Origin: Phoronis australis
Lineage: Eukaryota; Animalia; Phoronida
NCBI GenBank assembly: GCA_002633005.1
Contig: NMRA01000075.1
Coordinates: 361,950-425,949 of the forward strand
Direction: 5' to 3'
Length of the DNA: 64,000 nt
This document shows, piece after piece, positions 35,809 to 64,000 of the stretch. How positions within the stretch are numbered: position 1 is the first letter of the stretch; each line of letters starts with the position of its first letter. The notes beneath the pieces are model-generated. The model searched no databases. It saw only the letters and a program-made list of their open reading frames with translations, and was not told the origin of the DNA. Made by a program: the position numbers and the translations under genes.

Positions 35809-38800
35809 GGTTTATTCTTCTATCAACTGTTCTTTGCTGCCACGAGGTTGCGTACTGTCACAGCGATCGCTTGTCGGAACTGGTCTCATTTCGTTACAAG
35901 TTATTAGCATTTTTAAGACCAACAAACCGAATTTAGAACAAACTTTACTGCTGCGAAGCTGTTATCATGTCCCAAAAGTAGTCACAAAATTTTAGTACGG
36001 TGCGTGCGCGTTTCACGAGAGTAGTGTTTCAAAAAGACAACAGACTTTCTTTGTTTGAAAACTCAAAAGGCCGAGAGTAATGCTAGAAAATGACGTTTAT
36101 TAGATTGTTCTTTCCTGAAACGACTGGCACTGAACAGGCAAGGTGAGTGTCCAAATTGCCTCCCAGATTTTGCATGCACCCCGGTCGTCAGTCGTTGGCT
36201 CTGCGATTTAAGTTTCACGACGAGTTGACTAACACAACTCATACCCGATAACCTTCAAACAGTTAGCTGGTTGGCTACAAAAAATCTGCAGTATGCACTT
36301 CGACGTTTCGTGTCACGTACTGTTCCGGCCCAGATTATAGGGAATCCGGCCCAAATCCGGAATATTCTGTCTGTTGGGTCGTTCCCGTAGGCCTAACGGA
36401 ATTCTGATACTGAATTTAAAACGTTCAATTGATTACAAATTCTTATGACTGGGTATGTTTTCATGGAAATACAGACTTTTTTCGTAGTTTTGATTTATTA
36501 CAGACACGCACAATGTTGTGTTGCTATTAAATTTTCAATTTTTTTTAGCTTTACCGATTACGTGTTGCAGCATTTCTAGGCGACTTATTTTGAAAATTGA
36601 GTTTATAATATAAAATTTTCAATGAATTTGAATATAGTTGCATTGTACGAAAAGATCATGCTGATATGTGCTGTAAGCCTAACGTTTCTAAGTATTTTGC
36701 ACCAAATTAAATGGCCTGTTGTCGTCTATACCCATACGGGACACACACTGGACAGCCGTCCGTATTGGAATCGCGCAGCGTTCACACCTTCGGCTTCAAA
36801 AAGACATGAATGAAAAGTTACTAACATCAAAGTTTTTGTATCAAACAAATCACACTTTATAATAAACACTGGGAAATTGCTGATAACAATTCAGACGAAG
36901 CGTTTTGTTTTTCCGGCTGTTTCGACGGCACCAGTCACACTCCCGGGATTCCCATGCAGGCCCGTATTAGAATGTGTGCTAAATAATTGAATATAAATTC
37001 TAAAGGTAGTGAGTTTGATTAATTTTAAAATTAACTGACATGAAATGAAAAAAATAATGCGTTTCCTTGATTTTTCACGTATTTTGCACTAAATTAAAAA
37101 ACGAGTCATCTCTGGTTCCAATACTCTGGAGACACGGTGAAAGCCAAATTCGTTGTAACGATGATGTCATACATGTAGACTTCGATTAGTGCAAACGCCG
37201 TCTAAGTTTTTTTGGCGCTAAATGGTGTTCGTGATGGGGCTACTGTATTGTCGAAGGCCTACTTAATTGACGACTGGGGTATGCTATGACACAGTATTTT
37301 GATGTTTTTTATCAATAAATGTATTTTAGATGTAAAAAGAGTCACTTTGGCACCATACTTGGCCTTTAAGTTCACTTCTTGGACCGAACGTGGGTTTACA
37401 ACCGCTTTAAGGGTTACAAAAATAGTTTGGCCCTGGCGTCTGCATTTAAGATGGGACCCAAGTTTTGCGCAAGACAAAAAAGCAGTAGCTTACTGAATAG
37501 TCCGGCACGGCTGGGCACTAAATGACCGTATGAAAACGAGTTTTGACTAAGCGTAGGTGTGTGGATGGTGATCTGTAATGGTTAGGCGATGATTCACGTA
37601 ATGTTCAAGTACGATAACATATGTTTGTTTAGTAAAGTTACGCCTAGGCCTACAGGTTCTATATCATCGCCCTTGAGTTAGCGTACACAACGAAAATATC
37701 TACATGCTCCAGGCCTGGAATTTGGTCCCCATGTATGGAGTATACACGTAGTTTCGGCGTGCGTGTGAAATTTAGGGGTGTCGACATGACCTTTGTATCA
37801 CAAGTTTGGTGTTTGCTGCTCCGGGATTGGTGTTAAGGGGATTGCATGTGAAATGTAGAGGCGACGCCATGGAATCCTTTTCACCCTCCTCAATACCCGA
37901 GGTGTTGAGATGAATTTAAACATACGTATATTACAAAACGTAAAATGGCGCAACATAGTACGACCTCTGGCACACGATTAAGTTCCCATTATTCTAAGTT
38001 GTCGAGTGTCCAAATATGAGTGCGTTTTTTCAACAATGATCCGATTTTATCATGACGCATGGGCTCAATTATCGCAGTACACGTGTGTGCAGATAATAGA
38101 ACCTTATTCCAATGCCTGCAGAGTTATATAGTAACCACAACTTGACAAGGAGCATGTAGATTGGTAAATATAGTTACGAGGAATTTTGCTTATAATCAGT
38201 AAAATGACCTTGCAATCACGCATTTCTTCATTTTGGTTTTCTGTTCGGATGCTGGTCCCTTCCTACGGGACCCGATCAAAGTTAAAAAATAAATATGCCG
38301 TTTTTTAAAGTCCACACGGACATCTTTCTTCTAAAACTGTGATTGGACCCTCCTTTGCAACATTCTAGATCCTCCAGACCTGCTGGGACATTGTCGAATG
38401 AAATTTTAGTGAAGTTGTGTAAATGGGCCATTCGACTGAAAAATCATAACATTCGAAAATGCGTTCTTCTGTTGAGCCTCCAAGCTTCAAATTAACCTGC
38501 AATCCATCACAGCTAGATTACTCAAACAATATTTACCTTGGCTCTGGGACTTCTTATGTTGGACATTGGACTTTGCGTATCATCAACTGGGTTATTATTA
38601 GAGTTAATATTTGCTCTAAATGCTCCCCCATCTTCAATCCAAGCCAAATATAATGATGATGGGACTACGTCGTCTGCTACTTGTAAATGTGAAAATCAGT
38701 TATATTAAGGCCTCAAAATTTAAGACAAGTGCATGAACACGGATTAGTCGTACATGACCCCGAAAACTACTGTTCAGAGAGAGTAAGCACGACTTGGTAC

Positions 38801-38871
38801 GGACAAACGTTGTAAATCTCGTAATCCCATCAATCAGATGATGCAGACAGAATGATTGTCGGACACCAATA

Positions 38872-39062
38872 TTCAATTTTTACAAGCAAACCGTGACCAC
38901 AGCCGATTAGACATCATCACATTTGTATGTAAAACAAAACAGAACAACAGTTCACCTGTAGCTAAATTATTTTAGCTACAGGTAAACTATTGTTTTTTGT
39001 TTTACGGACAAATGTGATGATGTTTAATCGGCTATTGTCATGGTTTGTTTATAAGAATTGAA
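38872..39062. repeat. About 190-bp imperfect palindrome (foldback hairpin)
   Basis: ...gccgattagacatcatcacatttgt...cctgtagctaaa-ttat-tttagctacagg...acaaatgtgatgatgtttaatcggc... Confidence 0.9.
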
Positions 39063-41595
39063 CTAGAAGCTGAAACAAAATGAGAGAAACTGATTCTTTA
39101 AACTAAATTCGTCCCCGTTTTGCTTGCGTGGTCAATAACGTAAAATATAGGTGTCTGACATAATCGTGAATTTCTTTGCAGTAAAGACAACATCCAAACT
39201 TTTCCTCCTACAAGTGTATGAACGTGATGGCTGCATATGCTCACGTAGTGTGTTTGAAGATCATCAAAATACTAGATTTGATAGTGAAATATTTTAAAAA
39301 CAATCCATAAAAACGTTTTTATGGAACAGTGCATTAAGGAAGTAGGCCTACTGTTAGTACATTTCGAATTTTCACAAGAAACCAAGTTTCTGTTGCGAAG
39401 TTACCAAATACGCCACTTTCCTGGAGTCCTATGTAACCTTTAATGTAGATACCTGAACCTTTTCGCAAAAGGTCACAGTTTATCACTGTACAGCTTATTT
39501 TCCAAGTCATGACTCATTGCCAGTTATTGTGATCAAAACTAGGGGTCAGGTTTTATCTGTATCAGTTGATGTTTACGTTGACCGCCTAATCAACATCAAC
39601 ACTGGAGGCAGTGGATTTTGAATGAACATTCCTTTGGCAGTACTGGTGCTGCACGTAGAAAAGCTTCGAGATACGCGCACAAAGGCACGATCAGAGCAGC
39701 ACTGATATAAGTGGAGCTACAGCCCCCCTCCCCCCAGCCCCCTATGGTGCGCCGCCCATGGTCCAAAACTTCTAGAAATCAGTTTGAAGTTGAGTTCCGA
39801 CGTTTCAAAAAGTCATAGTGCTGCGTACATGTATGAATAGCAGTAGACCCGTTCGGAAGCTACATGTAAGCGTGTAATGTTTCATGCCACATACTTTAAG
39901 CCATTAGCACTTGCTCCACTGTCAGTCGGATTATCTTCACACGGTATTTTATGTTTCAGGGAAAAAGCGATGCCAAGCGACCATTGCAGAGTTTCACAAC
40001 TTCTTCTGTTCGCGCGTCTCGTAAATTGTCCTTTTGCCGAGATACCTGTGAGCGGACCCACGAAAGCCACCACGAGGACCAGATGTTCTCGCTACATAAT
40101 GGTGACTGTATCATGGGTAATAAGGTGCGCGTTACTTGAAAATTCCCAGCGTTATGCGCTGAACGATTTCTGTTTGGTGACGTCGCAGTTCTCTAGACAA
40201 GTCTGGGCAGTTAGACTTAGATATTATAGCGTGATTGATTAGGCCTACAGAAACTGTGAAGACGTTTTTTTCTTATGTGTGCTCTGGTTTAAAAATTCTT
40301 AAATTGGTCTTCAAGCACCTAAAATATTGTTTTTCCCCGTTTTACCCCTGAATGGGTGAGCACAGGTTGTAACCGACCGGTGCTAATAGCTTTCGGTGCT
40401 AAGATAGACTGAAGACTGGTTCGAGTTCATGCGCGCACCCAGCCTAAAGATAGGAGCTCGAATTTTTGAGACTGAGGACATTTTACTAAAAAAACGGGGT
40501 ACGTTCAGAGCTATGAATTGCGCATCCGCCGAACTCCTGCCTTTTTAGTAGACTTTTGTGTCGTTTTCTTCTTTTTAGAACTTCTTTTCTCTGAGGTGGA
40601 CCTTTTTGCCCATTTCGCCAAACGGGGCGCTCGTTCGAGCACCGTTTTAAATCAATCATTCAAGAGGCATCATGTTGCTCAATTGTTTACTGAGAAGTAT
40701 TATTTTTTATTTTATTACGCAATCGTGTTTTAATACAGCATAAAACGTGTAAAGGGTGTTTCCATTTCGCAATATCATTTTTGTCATCTGTAGTGCAGTT
40801 GACAGGAAGCGTGATTGGTGACGTGCGGTTCTCCTGTTATTCCGGGGGGAGGTACTTGCTGCGGTGGCGTGTGTACGGGGTGTCCCGTTAATACGTGTGG
40901 GGTTTTCTTGACCAGATTTTCTACCAAAGCACGGTTTCTTGACTCAATTCTAATTCCCCACAATACGTATTGCACCCTAAAGAAGGCCTCATTTTTGCAG
41001 CAGGTTTTTGTATCGTATTCATGCATATGAAATATATGAGTGCGCTTAGTTTTAATTTTAAATCAATGATTAGTTTTTTTCATATTTTTATTTTGCTCTA
41101 GCATGATAATTACATGTCACATAAAACAATACAGTATACATTATTTGCAAAGAACAACATGAAATCACTAGTCAAGAAGTATCGTATTTTCTTCAGGATG
41201 TAATTTAATAAAGTTTATGAACATTTGGAAATTGAGATTTCCTTTAACAAACGTTTGGTTAAATATGTACTTTTTTGCTAGCATGATCAACAGATTGATG
41301 TTACAATTTTCCGACTGAATGTTTCCCAAAAACCAACAAAGACACTGTTATTTTGTAAAGTTTAATCAAAAGAAACGGTGGCCTTTTGTGGAAGTTCCCT
41401 AACAACGGGTCACTAGTAGAGTGCCCCCGAGAGCTCGAGGTTATCATGACGCCTTGTCTAATCTGACCGCGGTTGCTTGCTGAACAATGACGTGCGCATG
41501 TCAAATTTCGCAATCCCTGTTAACTAAATTTGAGCCACATATTACGACAGCGGACACTACTTAAGCAAGAACGCCGTCAAAGCCTGTCGCTTCAG

Positions 41596-64000
<22,405 letters not shown>

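Overview
Intron-rich, AT-rich eukaryotic DNA, most consistent with an invertebrate animal, and densely interrupted by transposon debris. Three host genes are visible, all on the + strand. (1) 1.9-20.4 kb: six paralogous symmetric phase-1 exons, each encoding one Cys-paired fibronectin type III domain. The introns were partly duplicated along with the exons, and no start, transmembrane or catalytic exon is visible. (2) 27.9-31.3 kb: the last four coding exons of RPAP2. The N-terminal Rtr1 zinc-finger exons were not found, and there is a single N at 25181. (3) 41.6-64 kb: 14 exons of an NRF-6/O-acyltransferase-like gene that runs off the window. Mobile DNA includes Penelope-like fragments carrying four hammerhead-ribozyme-like motifs, Kolobok-like THAP elements (one built from two left ends), an ISL2EU-like element nested in a TA-flanked MITE, Bel/Pao gag, Tx1 and L2/CR1 remnants, a tRNA-derived head, several MITEs, a 190-bp hairpin and simple repeats. 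All family assignments come from motif recognition by eye, not from database searches.
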